Source: Blastocystis sp. Blastoise
Taxonomy: Eukaryota > Protista > Bigyra: Opalinata
Assembly: GCA_039096225.1 (NCBI GenBank)
Contig: JBBPEB010000029.1
Location: 620,001-684,000 of the forward strand
DNA length: 64,000 bases
Reading direction: 5' to 3'
Shown here piece by piece: positions 1 to 27,000 of this stretch (positions are counted from its first letter, which is position 1; each line of letters opens with the position of its first letter). Both the position numbers and the translations under genes were made by a program. Under the pieces are notes generated by a model. The model searched no databases. It saw only the letters and a program-made list of their open reading frames with translations, and was not told the origin of the DNA.

Positions 1-467
1 ATATAAATAGAAATAATATTAAATACTTTTATGTTGAATATTTATAGAAATTAAACCTTTCTTTATTAATTCTACTTTATGAGGGAAACAACAAATAGTA
101 TCATCTATATAATAAACAACGAATAATTATTATAACTAATTAGTATATATTTTCTAAATAATATATAGGCAACAAAAATATATATACATATATATATATA
201 CCGAATCCACTTATATGAATTGAATATGTAGAGACTATATCATCTAAAAATAAACAAATTTCTTTTTTTATATTCCAGTTGATTTCATGTAAATGAATAG
301 TATCAATTATTGAGAGTAATTGTTTTGGAAACAAATATTCATAGTCATCTATATATATTATATTATATATATATATATATATATTACTTATAGAAATCGT
401 TGCACTATAGTTGATGACATGTAATTTTGGAAAATATTCGTTATTTATTAAAGATAATGGAAATGAA

Positions 468-507
<40 letters not shown>

Positions 508-2262
508 TACTATTATAATCATTGTAAATAATTTCAGTAACATTAGGAAATACATGCGTTGTCATCATGTTTATAAATTCATTTTTATCAAATAATTCAT
601 TCCATGCTGATACTATATATATATCAATATTATTCTTCATAATACAATTACTACTATATACTCATGTAACATTTAATTTTGTAATAGAATCAAAAACACA
701 TTCTTCAAATGCTTTCATAATAGGTATTATCAAATATCTTGTTCTTATACAATCTATAATAAATACATACTTATTTTCTGATAAGATATATATATATTAT
801 TTATTTACATGGAGTGAAATTTGTACTTGAAAAATGATAATATGAAGGAAAACGTAATAATTGAGATAAACCACAATTTGAATCACTTGAAACATCACTT
901 ATATATTATTATTATAATTATAATTATTATTATTAATAATACGTAAAAATATTCTATTAATTAAATATTAATACATACGACAATATTATATCACTCGTTT
1001 TATCTATATTCAACAATAATATAGATAAACAATAATATATATATATTTTATAAAAAAGATAAATATACTATCATATTGAATAGTAACTATATCTTGTAAT
1101 TTATAATCACAAGTATTTTGACTCTTTTCAATTTGAGAATAATCATTTATGTAAATAGCTTCTTTAATACAATCATATAATTTAGGTAATATATTTTTTT
1201 GTTTTCTTTCATTATAAGAATCAAGTATTTTTTTTGAATAATCACATTTATTGATCTCTTAAATAGAGATTTCATTATATCGCTTTATTTCAGATTTCGT
1301 ATAATTATCATTCTTTTTATTGTTTTCTTTATAAGGAGAATACTGGCAGAATTGAATATATTCATTCATGTATTCATTTGTATTTGGATTCAATAATATG
1401 TCATTATTTACATATTCTGTTGTTACTATATTTATTATATATAGTTTTTAGATATATAGGTTTTACATTTATATTATATATATATATACCAATGACTTTT
1501 AATTTATTTAAAAATGGAAATAATTGTTTAATACAAGAAGGATATATATATTCTGATGGAATATTATGTGAATATTGATCTATATGTATATGTATATATA
1601 TAATAAATCAATATCTGTTATGTTGATCATTTTTAGAAGAAGCGAATAATATGATAATTTTTCTTTTCGTTGTGGCGTTATTAATCCTAAAAAAACATAT
1701 ATATATATTATATTTATTATTATTCATAAATATTATATTAAATATATATATATATAAACATAAAAAATAAACCTTCTATTGCCAGTTTTTTTTTATCTGA
1801 ATTAAATAATTCCATAGGCATAATTATAGAAACACCACTACTCTGTGATATATTATAATTATTTTCTTTTAAATAATTAAAGAATAATTCTTTAACATGA
1901 AATAATAAATCACTTTGAATTATGTTATCAATCGTAACTGAGTATTCAACAAGTGTTTCATATATATCATAGCTATCTTTTAAATTTAATGAAAAAATAT
2001 CTATATTATCTTCCATTAAGAATTGAATCACTTTTTCCATATGAAAAGGAAGCATATCTATATAATAACTACCATCATCATATTTCTCAGAGTGTCCAAT
2101 AATATCGTGAAAGGGAAATTGGTGATATTTCTCAATAAATTCTTTTGAAATCCATAATTGCGTCTCATCTTGGAATGTAAATAAATCTATAAGAAAATAA
2201 ATATTTTTTAATAATATTCAAATACACTTATCCTCAGTTTTCAAATTTTCAACGCCAGACAT
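1..2262 (-). CDS. Multi-exon hypothetical protein with N-terminal BTB/POZ-like domain; 3' end runs off the window
   Basis: ATG at 2262; spliced reading MSGVENLKTEDK|YLFTFQDETQLWISKEFIEKYHQFPFHDIIGHSEKYDDGSYYIDMLPFHMEKVIQFL resembles a BTB/T1 fold pattern (YYID...MEKVIQFL). Downstream exons have gtatat/atatag boundaries and FP-x-L repeats. Confidence 0.7.
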
Positions 2263-3861
2263 CACTTGAATTCAACTATAATGGCAAAATGATCATATAT
2301 TAGTATGCTCAAAAGATAACATTATAAATAAACACTAAATAAATACTCTTTTAATAACTATAATATCTTATAATTATAAACAATCATTGAGATAACAAAG
2401 AATGAAACTTGCAATATTTTTGAAAAACCAAATTTATGAATTAATTTGATTTATGACTGAGTTTAGACATAATTTTCAAGAATTTAATTATTCAGTCATT
2501 TTCAGATAATTTTCATTTTTTTTTAAATAAGAAATTACTAAAGTTACGTTTTTCTAATAAATTATTTCTTTTTATTAAAAAATAAATTCAGTACATGTTT
2601 TTCTCTAAATCTTGAATACTCTTATAATCAGTAATAAGAAAATAAACGGTGATTGTCTCATTTATTGGCCATAATAGAGTATATATTTTTCTTTAGTCCA
2701 TAGTAGTGATATCAGTGTATCTTCAACTATTGAATCACTGCTTATTCTACAAGAATTATCCTATTTTGAAGATAATTGATAAGATTTCCACTTGTCTTCA
2801 TCAATATGCATCTAGAGATCTTTAAGAACAAATCTATTGATTCTCTAGTTATTATCTATGCAGTTAATATGCCAATTTAAGTCCGATTATTATGGTGTGT
2901 CTGATTTCTTCTTCAAATTAGTTTACAAAATAGAATAATGTTCAGATATATTAATACACTTTTCTTGCATGGGATCATTTACTTAAAATATGTAATTTTT
3001 TAATAAAATGATAATTTTGTTGTAGAAACAAATATATATCAAAGATAACTAATGATATAAACTTTAAGTATAATAATAAAAACTGTATATTATGAAAAAC
3101 ACCTTCTTTCTTAATATTATACAATATGAAATCCTTTATATTTAATTATTAATATATATTTAAGAATAAGATAATATTTCTAAGTATGAATATATAAGAG
3201 GAACTCAAACATTCATATATATATTCATTTATATATATATATTCATTTATATATATCATCTTCATATATTTATATCATCTTCAATACTCTCAAAATGTTT
3301 TCATTGATCTATTGTTATTATAATTTATATAATATAAAACATTTTCATATCTTTTGTTATGAATATATTTTTATAATATTGAATAGTATTGCCTTCTCAA
3401 TGCAAGAGGGAATTATCACATGATTATTATCACTACAATTAATGACAAATGCTTTTGTTTTTCAAGTATATTCTAAAGTATTTAGAATAGGTCAACTGTA
3501 GTCTAGGTGAAATTAACCCATTATTAGATATTTTGATGTTTTAAGACAATGATTGGATAAAATATCTTATTTTACCTACTATATATTTAAATAAAGTCTA
3601 AAGTGCCTAATAGTGTAAAAGATAAAAACATTTCAATGTTTTGAAAATAGAAAATATATATTTATATATATTGCTTAGATAATTAGTATAATAATAACGT
3701 TAAAAAACATATTTTAGATATTCTTTAGATAAATAAGTTGAATCATCCACTTTTTATACTATTAATATATAACTAAAGTTTTTCATTTAAAAAAAAATGT
3801 TTTTACAAATTCAAATATTAAATTATGGATAAGTTGTTATATAAAACAGTAATGATATTAT

Positions 3862-5092
3862 TTAATGAATAGTTAATAAAGGTAAATTGTTGGATAAATC
3901 CATAATTTCTTTTTGATGATGTGTTCCTATATTTATTCCTATATATATATAGTTATTAATAAATAATTCATATATATTATATTATATACGTCTAAAAGAA
4001 TTATATGCATATATATCTTCAAATAAAAACATTATATATATTTATATACGATTTATATATAAATGTGTTAATTGAGGACAACATATAGTTAATAAACTAT
4101 TATATAAATAGAGAAATCCATTTTCACCAATTGAGTTATCATTAATAGACAAAATACGTAGATAATTACAATGATTTGAAAGTAATGAATCAGAAAATAA
4201 CTTTATGCCTTTATATAATAATATATAATAATATATAATAATATATAAATATATATAATAATATATAATAATATATAAATATACCTTTCTCAGACATATT
4301 GATATCTATAATAAGCACAAAGGATTATATATATGAATAATAAATATAAATATATACTATTCATAGTGAGTTCTTGTAATTTCATATTATATGTATTTAT
4401 ATATAATGATAATGATTCAATTCCTTCATCACCAATAGGATTATCTATATATATATATAACAAATAAATATATATATATATGAATATGCCTAATATAAAT
4501 TATACTGTCTATTTTAATAATACGTAAAAAAGAGAATGTGGAAACTAATAATGTTTCAGAAGGTTGTCTATATAGAATAGTATCAAGATTGAAAGACTCT
4601 GAAAATAGGGGAGAGAACGACTCTGAAGAAATGGTCAATAATTCTATATTATTAATAGATGTTAAAATATATATGATAAATAAGAATAAAAGAAGAAAAA
4701 TAATGATTATTATGTATATTCATACGTTCATTAGGACTATTTCCATGATTATTTTTATTCTCTTCCGCAATTTGTGCAGGATTATTCTGTATATAAAATA
4801 ACTTTTGAAAAAAAGAACAAGAACAATTCGTTTCTATTATATATTGTTATATATAGTTATTTATAGTTATATATTGTTATATATTGCTATATATAGCAAT
4901 AAATAATTATTTATAATTATAAATATAGTTATATATAGTTATTTATATAGCTATATACACTTACTGTTAAGTAGAATACTCTGATTCGTTTTACTCCACG
5001 TGCTTTCATAGATCCTGACCAGAAGAGCGTCATCATCTTTTATAAAATTATTTTCTAAATAAATATGTTTTGTTTCATAACTCTATATTATA

Positions 5093-5144
<52 letters not shown>

Positions 5145-5387
5145 ACCAGATAAATCTAGGTTTGTTAATGATAAAATAGGATTATCATTTATATATAATA
5201 ATGATTTACTTGTAATACCAGTATCTATATGTTTTTTATATTATTATTATTACAACTACTTATATATATACTTGTTAAATTGAGATTTAAAAGAGATATT
5301 GATGAATGTATAATTGATGATATTATTAATATACATCCTTGATCACTTATAGTATTATCTATAACAAAAATGTTATAATATTATAGA

Positions 5388-5423
<36 letters not shown>

Positions 5424-6618
5424 CATGCTAAAGATAATGACTGAAGATTAGTCACGTGACCGCTTAATATAACAGAACATAATGCTTCGCAACCAAGAAA
5501 AGTTATGTTTCCACCTATATATATAATATAATTATTATATAATATATAATATATAATATATATATATATACCTCGAAAATCAAGTATTCTTAAATGTACA
5601 GAATTATAATTTATAAACATTTTCTTTAATAATAAACAACCAGAATTTCCAATATAGGTATCTAAATATATACATATATATATAATATATGTATACTAGT
5701 TATATTAAGATCTACAGGATTTACATTTGAAAGAGAAATAGCGGTAAAATAGCCCGCTAAACCTTTTGAACCAATCCGATTTCCTATATATATATATAAT
5801 ATTATTAATTATTTATTAACTAGTGAAGATCGACTTATATATATATACCTTCTAAATTAATTTCTTGAATGTGTTTATATTTATTGATATAAAAATATGA
5901 TAATAATGGAAGAAGACTTTTTGTATTCAATTTATTTTCTAAAATGCAATATATATATATATAAACTATTTACTAGATAAATTTAGTTTCTCCAAAGAAC
6001 ACAAATGGTTTCTCTGTATACATGTTGAAAGCATTCCAATTCCAACAGGACCAATACTACAATCTATATATATATAGATAATTAATAATAATTATATTAT
6101 ATATATATAATTAATAATTATAAATATTATATTATATATAAATTTTAAAAAATATTATTCTATATATATATATAATATTCTATATATACTTTGCATATCT
6201 AGAGTAATTATTTTATCATAAATATCATTTTCAAGTGATTCAAATATATAACTAGATCCTTCTTCACCTAATAGATTATCTATATATATAATAAATATAA
6301 ATATAATAATTTATTATTTATTATATATATATATATACTTGATAGATAAAGATGTTTTAGAGAAATCAGTTGATCTGAGTCTAATGCTGAAGAAAAATTC
6401 AGACAAGAAATAGATGTCATTTCTATATCTATTTATATATATAATGATAAATTGAAAAATATATAAATAAAAAAAAATTAATAATCTATATAATAAATTA
6501 ATTAGCAAACATTATATATATATATATACTATTCATAGAAAGAGTTAATAAAGTTTTAAATGTACCCATTTGTATATATTCCGATAAGATATCTATTCCT
6601 TTATCACCTATTGGGTTA

Positions 6619-6653
<35 letters not shown>

Positions 6654-7447
6654 ACATAAATAATAATAAATTTAAAAAATCTCAAAATATATCTATGATA
6701 ATTATTATACATACTATCTATATAAAAATGGAGAATATTATTATTACATTCTTGTGTTTTCTTATTATATAAACCATGAAGAAGAAGAGATAATGTATTC
6801 GAGTTGATATTACAATCTATATATAGATAATATATTTAATATATATTATATACTTTTTAAAGATAAAGTAGTTATCTTCATAAATTTTTGTGTTTCGAAA
6901 CACATAGACAATTGAATCATACATTTTTTATATATAAATAAATCTATATATATATAAATTTTTGTATATATAAATGAATCTATATATAAGTCTTTATATA
7001 TAATATAAAAATAAACTACATATTTATAGAATACCATTAAAATTAAGAGTAATTAAATTATTATGTAGAAAAGTTGTATTATTAGTATATAAACTTGATG
7101 TATATAACGATATATATTTATATAACGCTTCTTCACCTACAGGATTTCCTTTATATATAAATATAGATATAAAACAAATAAAATGTACCACTAAAATTTA
7201 TTTTTGTTTGTATATTTAGAATTCCCGTGAAAATAAGATTTGTTATTATATTGAGACAGCCACTATGAAAATGGCAAACTATATATATAAGAAATAAAGA
7301 AAATATTATTATAAAAATAATAAATATAATTAATATAATTAATATAATAAATACACGAAATATCGATTTCTTGAATGTTTTTCAATACTTTCATTTCAAT
7401 ATAATTTAATAACAATATACAACCAGAGTCACACAAAGCAGTATCTA

Positions 7448-7529
<82 letters not shown>

Positions 7530-8414
7530 TCTCAGATAATAATAATAATATAATTATTATATATATTACTAGATAGTTCTATTCTTTTAAGTGGATAATT
7601 TCCTGAAAATTTAAATGTTTTTAAAATACTTTGAACGCCCAAAGGAGAAAAATAATTATCTAAAAATGAAAAGGAATCAGAAACTATATATATTTCTATA
7701 TAAATATACATGATAAATTTAATCTTTGAAGAGATATATTTTCAATTTCTAATATACTACATAAATCTATTAAGCAATCATCATCCAGAGAACAATCTAC
7801 AAATAAAAATGTAAAGAATAAAATTATAATCAAACAAAAAATTACTTTTTAATGTGATATCAACAATATTAGTACATTCAATACTCTGTATAGCATGACT
7901 TATCATAGAAATCATTACATGAGAAAGAGATATATCTATAAAAATTAATAAAACTATCCATAAATAATTATATACTTATATAATTGATAGAAATAGATTG
8001 AGAGAAGAATAGATCTATTACAGGTGACTCAACCATACTATCTGTGCATAGAATTGTTCCTTGAGTTTTTCGAATCATGGATACTAATTGTTCAAATTGA
8101 TGAAATAATTTACATGTTGACCAAATCTTGGTGTTTTCTATATTATAGAATAATAGATCATCATATAATTGAAGACACTCATTATATGTGAACGAAGAAG
8201 GAAATTCAAAGTTGTTTTTTAATATAGATATAATCATATCAAATCCATCTTCTTTATAATCTATATGAATACATCCATTTGAATCTAATTTATCTTTATC
8301 ATTAGCTAATGTCAGTAGTAAAGATTGTTCATATCGCTTTATATATCTGTATTGAATGCTATATCGTTCTTTGGAGCTGCTGAAAACAAAAAATATATAA
8401 TCTGAATCTTGCAT
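3862..8414 (-). CDS. BTB-like domain + ribonuclease-inhibitor-type LRR protein, many introns
   Basis: Exon 1 (7968-8414 ORF) has a BTB/KCTD-like pattern (SLLLTL...GCIHIDYKEDGFDMIISIL). It is followed by many short, mostly phase-1 exons of LxxLxLxxNxIxxxG type (e.g. LRILDFRGGNITFLGCEAL, LRILSINDNSIGENG). Last exon RINIGTHHQKEIMDLSNNLPLLTIH* ends at 3862. Confidence 0.75.
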
Positions 8415-8869
8415 TAATTTATTTCTTTGTTTTTATTCATTTTTCAACACAAAATTATTGTTTAAAATATGCGCATTTTGTTGAACTAATAAATAAGTTT
8501 GTGATCATGAATCCTTGTAAATAAATAATAAGTAATAAAAGTTGTAAATAACAAATTGTTAAAGAATATATAATTATATACAAAAAAAACTCATAAGATA
8601 TCAAAAGGCAATTTCATACACAAAATTTAAATAGCAAGTTATTATAAAATTATTTAAAAAAAGAAAAAGTCATCATAATACTAGAAAAAAAAGATAAAAA
8701 AAAATTAAATTTAAATTTAAAAAAACAATACAAAAGAATAAAAGTATTTTTAAAAATTTAAAAAAAATTGTAGAAAGTTTAAAAAAGTAAATTACATCAA
8801 TGAAGCAATAAATATATTTATAAAATAAAAAATAATACATAATTAGTATATATATATATATATATTGTA

Positions 8870-16718
<7,849 letters not shown>

Positions 16719-17426
16719 GAATAATAAGAAAAATCAATCAGATCAATGAGATAGAATTTAAAAGAGTAGCGAAACAATCATTAAAAATGAAAATAAAATA
16801 GATGAGTCTCTTGTTAATAAGATCAATATAAAATTAGTGAATTTATCAATAAAAGTCTTGTAAAATAGGCTCTTATTATTAAAAAATATATTGTTTCTTT
16901 TTTTACGAAAAAAGAAAAAAATTATAATCAAGATTATATTCGGTTAGTTTCGGGAAACACACAAATAATCATGAAATAATTTATTTATAGAAAAACTACC
17001 TGTCATTTGTCCAATCAATACGATACAAATGAGGAAAACCAAAACAAAAAAAAATTAAGAATCAAAAGAACTCAATTAAATTTTTTAAATTTATAGTCTA
17101 CTCCAGGGTCAAAAATAGTATATATAATATGTTTTGTTTTCTACAATAGAATTCTATCAAGATAATAGAGTTGTAAGAAGTATGAATAGTTTATGAATAA
17201 GAAGATTAGTAATTACACTCACTTCAAGTAGTATTTCTGTTAATTTGAATCTTCAAACAAATAAAAGAAATACATTTAGATTAAAGTAACAATAACAATT
17301 AAAGATATTGAAAGATTACAAAAGAAAAACTAATGATTTCTTATGTAAAAAAAAACATGACATGTATAATAATTGTTATATATAAAAGATATTAATTATG
17401 AATATATATATATATATATATATTGT

Positions 17427-20302
<2,876 letters not shown>

Positions 20303-21285
20303 TTTTATACTTTAACTTGAGATTAAAGAATTTAAGCAGATAGAAAGTTCAAAAACAAACTGTGGTCATTCCTTGACACAAAAATTAAAGCAAATGAAAG
20401 GCTTGTCATTCCCATTATATACCGATAATCGTGGGTTTTCTTATCATTCCACAGGAAATATACCAAATTACGTTATTTTTTCATTCATTTTTTGTACACA
20501 ATTACATAAATTCATTTTTAGCTCTTTATGTTCATATTATCGAATATATATGAATAGTAAATATATAAAACAAGTATGAGCTTGATATAGGACCAGAATT
20601 ATAGAAATTCTGTGTATGAAATGGTTGTTGGTTTCTTTTTTATTCGTGTATAATAATTATAAAATGATTTCCTGATTTAATAAATGCTAGAAATATATAG
20701 AAATTAAATAAAAATGACTTTTAAAGCAATTAATTTTTCTTTTCACTCAATTATGTTTATTGAAGATGATGAGAATAGCTTGTTGATTATGCTTAACTTC
20801 GTAATGATTGTTTTACATGATGTAATCACCGATATATATAATTACAAATGGAGATTCACCAAAATAGTCAAAGTGGAACGTTTTCAGCTAAATGAATATC
20901 CTTAGATATATCTAGATTTCATCATATTACACTTTAATAAATAAATCATAAGCATTTAACATTTTTTTCTGCAAAAAAAATAACTAATTATTTTTATCAA
21001 TTATTATTTATTATCAATCCTAATCAATATTAATTAGTGAAAATCACAGATTATTTTTTCAAGGATATATTTTTTTATTTCTTTTTTTTTTTTTACTTTT
21101 AAAAAGGATAACAAATAAATAAAAATAAAATTAAAACGATCCCTCTTCTTAATAATTGGTTGAACAATTTTTTCCCACTTTGTTCATAAATATCTTTTAA
21201 TCCTTTTTTGTTTTAAATATATCTTAGATTATCATTAATAGATTTCATTTCATTATATATATTATCATTCAAATATTCTTGTGTG

Positions 21286-23402
<2,117 letters not shown>

Positions 23403-24015
23403 CCATTGTATTCTACTTTTGAGTACTCATTCATTATATTTAAGCTATGTCTTTACTATACATACTTTAATCTAAATATTCAAGACTAGAAATTTGATCA
23501 TATACAAAATTGACTCTTTTAAAAATATTATTTGTTAGGGGACGACTGTTTCTCAGTTAAAACCATAATCTATATTCTTTTTCAACAATAATCATAATCT
23601 ACAATGATTTAAACAACATCTAATCACAAAAAAAAAATAAATTGAAGACATAAATTTAAAAAAAACAGTTTTGTTACATATCATCAAGTCTCTACTAATA
23701 TTCATTACATTTCTGACCACCTTTCATACATATTTTTATCATCAAAAAAATATCGTTATCAAAAAAGTATATTTAATCACAAAATTTCAGCACTTTTGAC
23801 ACTAATATATTACTGTAATTCTATCTAACATAAAATACATCAAATATATCTAAAAATACCATTAGAAGCAAACACAAAACAATCACCAGAAAAAGCAACA
23901 TTAAGTAAATCTGAATATGTCTGGATTTTTGTTTTAAATTTTTCCACATTTTCCAAAAACCATTAACTCTTTCAAATACGCAAACTCTTATCTATTCTAA
24001 AGAGATTCGTACGTA

Positions 24016-27000
24016 ATGTCTTTGATTGCTCTTCTACTATTTCTTATCAAATGTATCTTTCTTCTTATAAACACCATTAATGAAATTTTGTAGTACTCTA
24101 TGTGAATAGTCAAGAAGAAAGCTTATCAACACTTAGGATATCTCGGTCTTATTATATGGATAGTTATAAAGAGAATCTTTATTTGTACCGTCAGAATCAT
24201 TCCGAGATTATTCTTATTGATTCTTTTATTGGAAGAAAATCTATATCATCTACAGAGAATCGAACCTATTCTGTTGTCCCTGGAATATATAGAATACAAG
24301 CAACTGATAAGTATATATTATTTATGTGATTATTTTTTTTTAGAATCTGTTTACGTATTATTTTTTTTTTTTTTTTTTTTGAGATTCCATTTGATTAATC
24401 CAAATATATATGTAGTCAGGGTTATGGATGGTATTTCGGTTCTTTTTTTGAAGTTTTCCTCGACGATCAATTGCTTTTATCAGATCGTTTAGATGAAGGA
24501 TCTACCAAAGAATGGCTTATTAACAGTATAGAGTTGTTTTTTTTTTTTATTATTAGATTTATTCTTATTATTTTTTTATTTATTTATTATATATTGTATT
24601 ATTTTTTTATATTATTTTATATTATTCTTTTTAATATATTTATTTTTTTATAATACATTATTTATTATATATTTACTAATATTTTATAATAAAATATATA
24701 TTATCATAGTTTATTTAAAATCATCTCTTGCAAATAAATATTCATATATATATATATATAGCTAAATACTTTGTAGCACCCAATTCTACTTGGCGATATA
24801 CAAATATTGCACAATATAATAATCATTGGTATTTACCTTCATATTCAGATCATTCATGGGCTACGTATTCCCATGGGAATTTCCCAGATATTAGTTCAAT
24901 TAGTCGATATTATCGTACTTCATTTATATATACAGAAGAAGATATGAAAGATGTTTTTATTATTAAATTGAATACATTTATTAAAGAAGGAATTATTATT
25001 TATATAAATGGAAAAGAAATTATACGATATAATATGAATAAAGATCAAGTTATAACTCCTACTAATTATGCAATTATAGAAGATAATTATTATCATTCTT
25101 TAGTTTACTCTATTCCTATATCTATATTAGAATTAAATAATAATAATGAAATCACTATAGCTATAGAAATTCATACTGCTAAACATGTGTCTATAGCAAC
25201 TGATTTATTTAACTTCTCTTTTCTTCCTCTTCAAGGTATAAAAGTTCCTCAATTTATTGATTCATCTCCTATAGTATTTTCAGGTATGTGTACTTCTCCT
25301 TTATATATAATGGATCATAATATAAAATCAGAATGGATATGTACAGAAGGAACATCATGCTCACTTGAATTTCATATGCCTGATTATCATTTTGATTTTA
25401 TTCAACAAATTGAAATTATTTCTAGTTCTTCAATAGATCTTATACCTTTAAATTTATTAATTCAAGCATCTATTGATGATTGTGTTACATTATCTCCACT
25501 TTTATATATACCTAATGAATATATTTATGATTATAATCGTATTCAACTATTTAATATTACTACAACTACTGAATATTATAACTGTATATCGATTCAAATA
25601 ATTAGTTCTAAATCAAATGAAGTAAGTATTTCTGAAATTCATTTCTATGCTACTTCTATTATTTATGATGAAGAACTTAAATATAATAAAAAACAATCAT
25701 TATGGCCAATTAGTCACAACATATTACTTTATCCTCTTCTTGCTGAAATGAATCATTTTGTTATTATGGATAAAACATTACCCAATGGATTAACTCTTGA
25801 AGAAACATCAGGAATAATCACGGGAAAGGTGAAATTCGGTTGGTCTGGAAGTATATATCTTTGTGGAACATTTATTCCTACTTCTTCTGAAAAATGTATT
25901 ACTTTAGAAATAAAAATTGAAGATTGTATGGATTCATTAGTATCTTCTCTATTTATTACTAAAAATAGTGATTCAACTATTCTTAGTAATGAACGTGTTT
26001 CTATATATACTTCAGATGGTGAATTAGTTTATTCTATACAAAGTAATTATAATAAACCATCTTCTCATCAATTATGTCTTTATAAATCTACATATTATAT
26101 ACTCTTAGAATCTCTATATACTACAGAATGGGGATTAGATAGTTCTCTATATATAGAAAAGAAAACTCCTCATGGATCTATTCCTATACTTAAAACGTCA
26201 CTAATAGGTATACCTTCTAAAGTGATTCCTTTATATTTAAATGAATTAATTAGTGTAAATGATGAAAATACTTTATGTTTTTATACAGTAAAAACAATTC
26301 CTCCTTTTTGGTATTACCCTGAATATAAAATTGATGAAAATTGGAATTATTGTTATGATCAAAATAATATAATTTTACCTGCAACTTGTATTCATCTATT
26401 TCGTAATACATTTAAAATTGATAATATGAATGAATTTTCTTCTGTAGAAATACGATATAATGGACCTAAAGCTATGATTCTATATGTAAATAAAAAAAAA
26501 AGTTATAAGTAATTGTTTAGATGATGATGTTATAAATGAAAATAGTCAATCTATATGTTCTCAAGATACATTATATGAACGATATATTACTTTAAATATG
26601 ACATATTTTTATGTATCTAAAAATAACTTAATGGCTATTGCTTTTATTTATCATCCTGATGATTCTTCTCATTTTAATATATCTTCATGGTTCTCTGTTG
26701 TTTTAATACCTTCGACTGAAGATTATTCACGTGTTTGGGGAATTAATATAGAGGGTAAATCAGATTCAAATCATACTGAAGAGAATTTATTAGATTATAA
26801 ACGTAGTACTTATTGGACCTATAATTATCATAGTTTAGAAGAAATGTCTACTATATTAATATATACATTAATACCTAATGAACATACAGAAGTTTTGAAT
26901 CATTATTGTATTATTAATAATCCATTATATAAAGAATGGGATCCTATATCATGGTATATATATGGTTGTATTGATAAAGATTCTTGTGAAGTATTATCGT

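Noticed and set aside
3990-3991. Apparent 2-nt micro-exon (ag|AC|gt) in the LRR gene
   Set aside because: A longer in-frame exon from the upstream GAAG acceptor (HIYAYNSFR) explains it.
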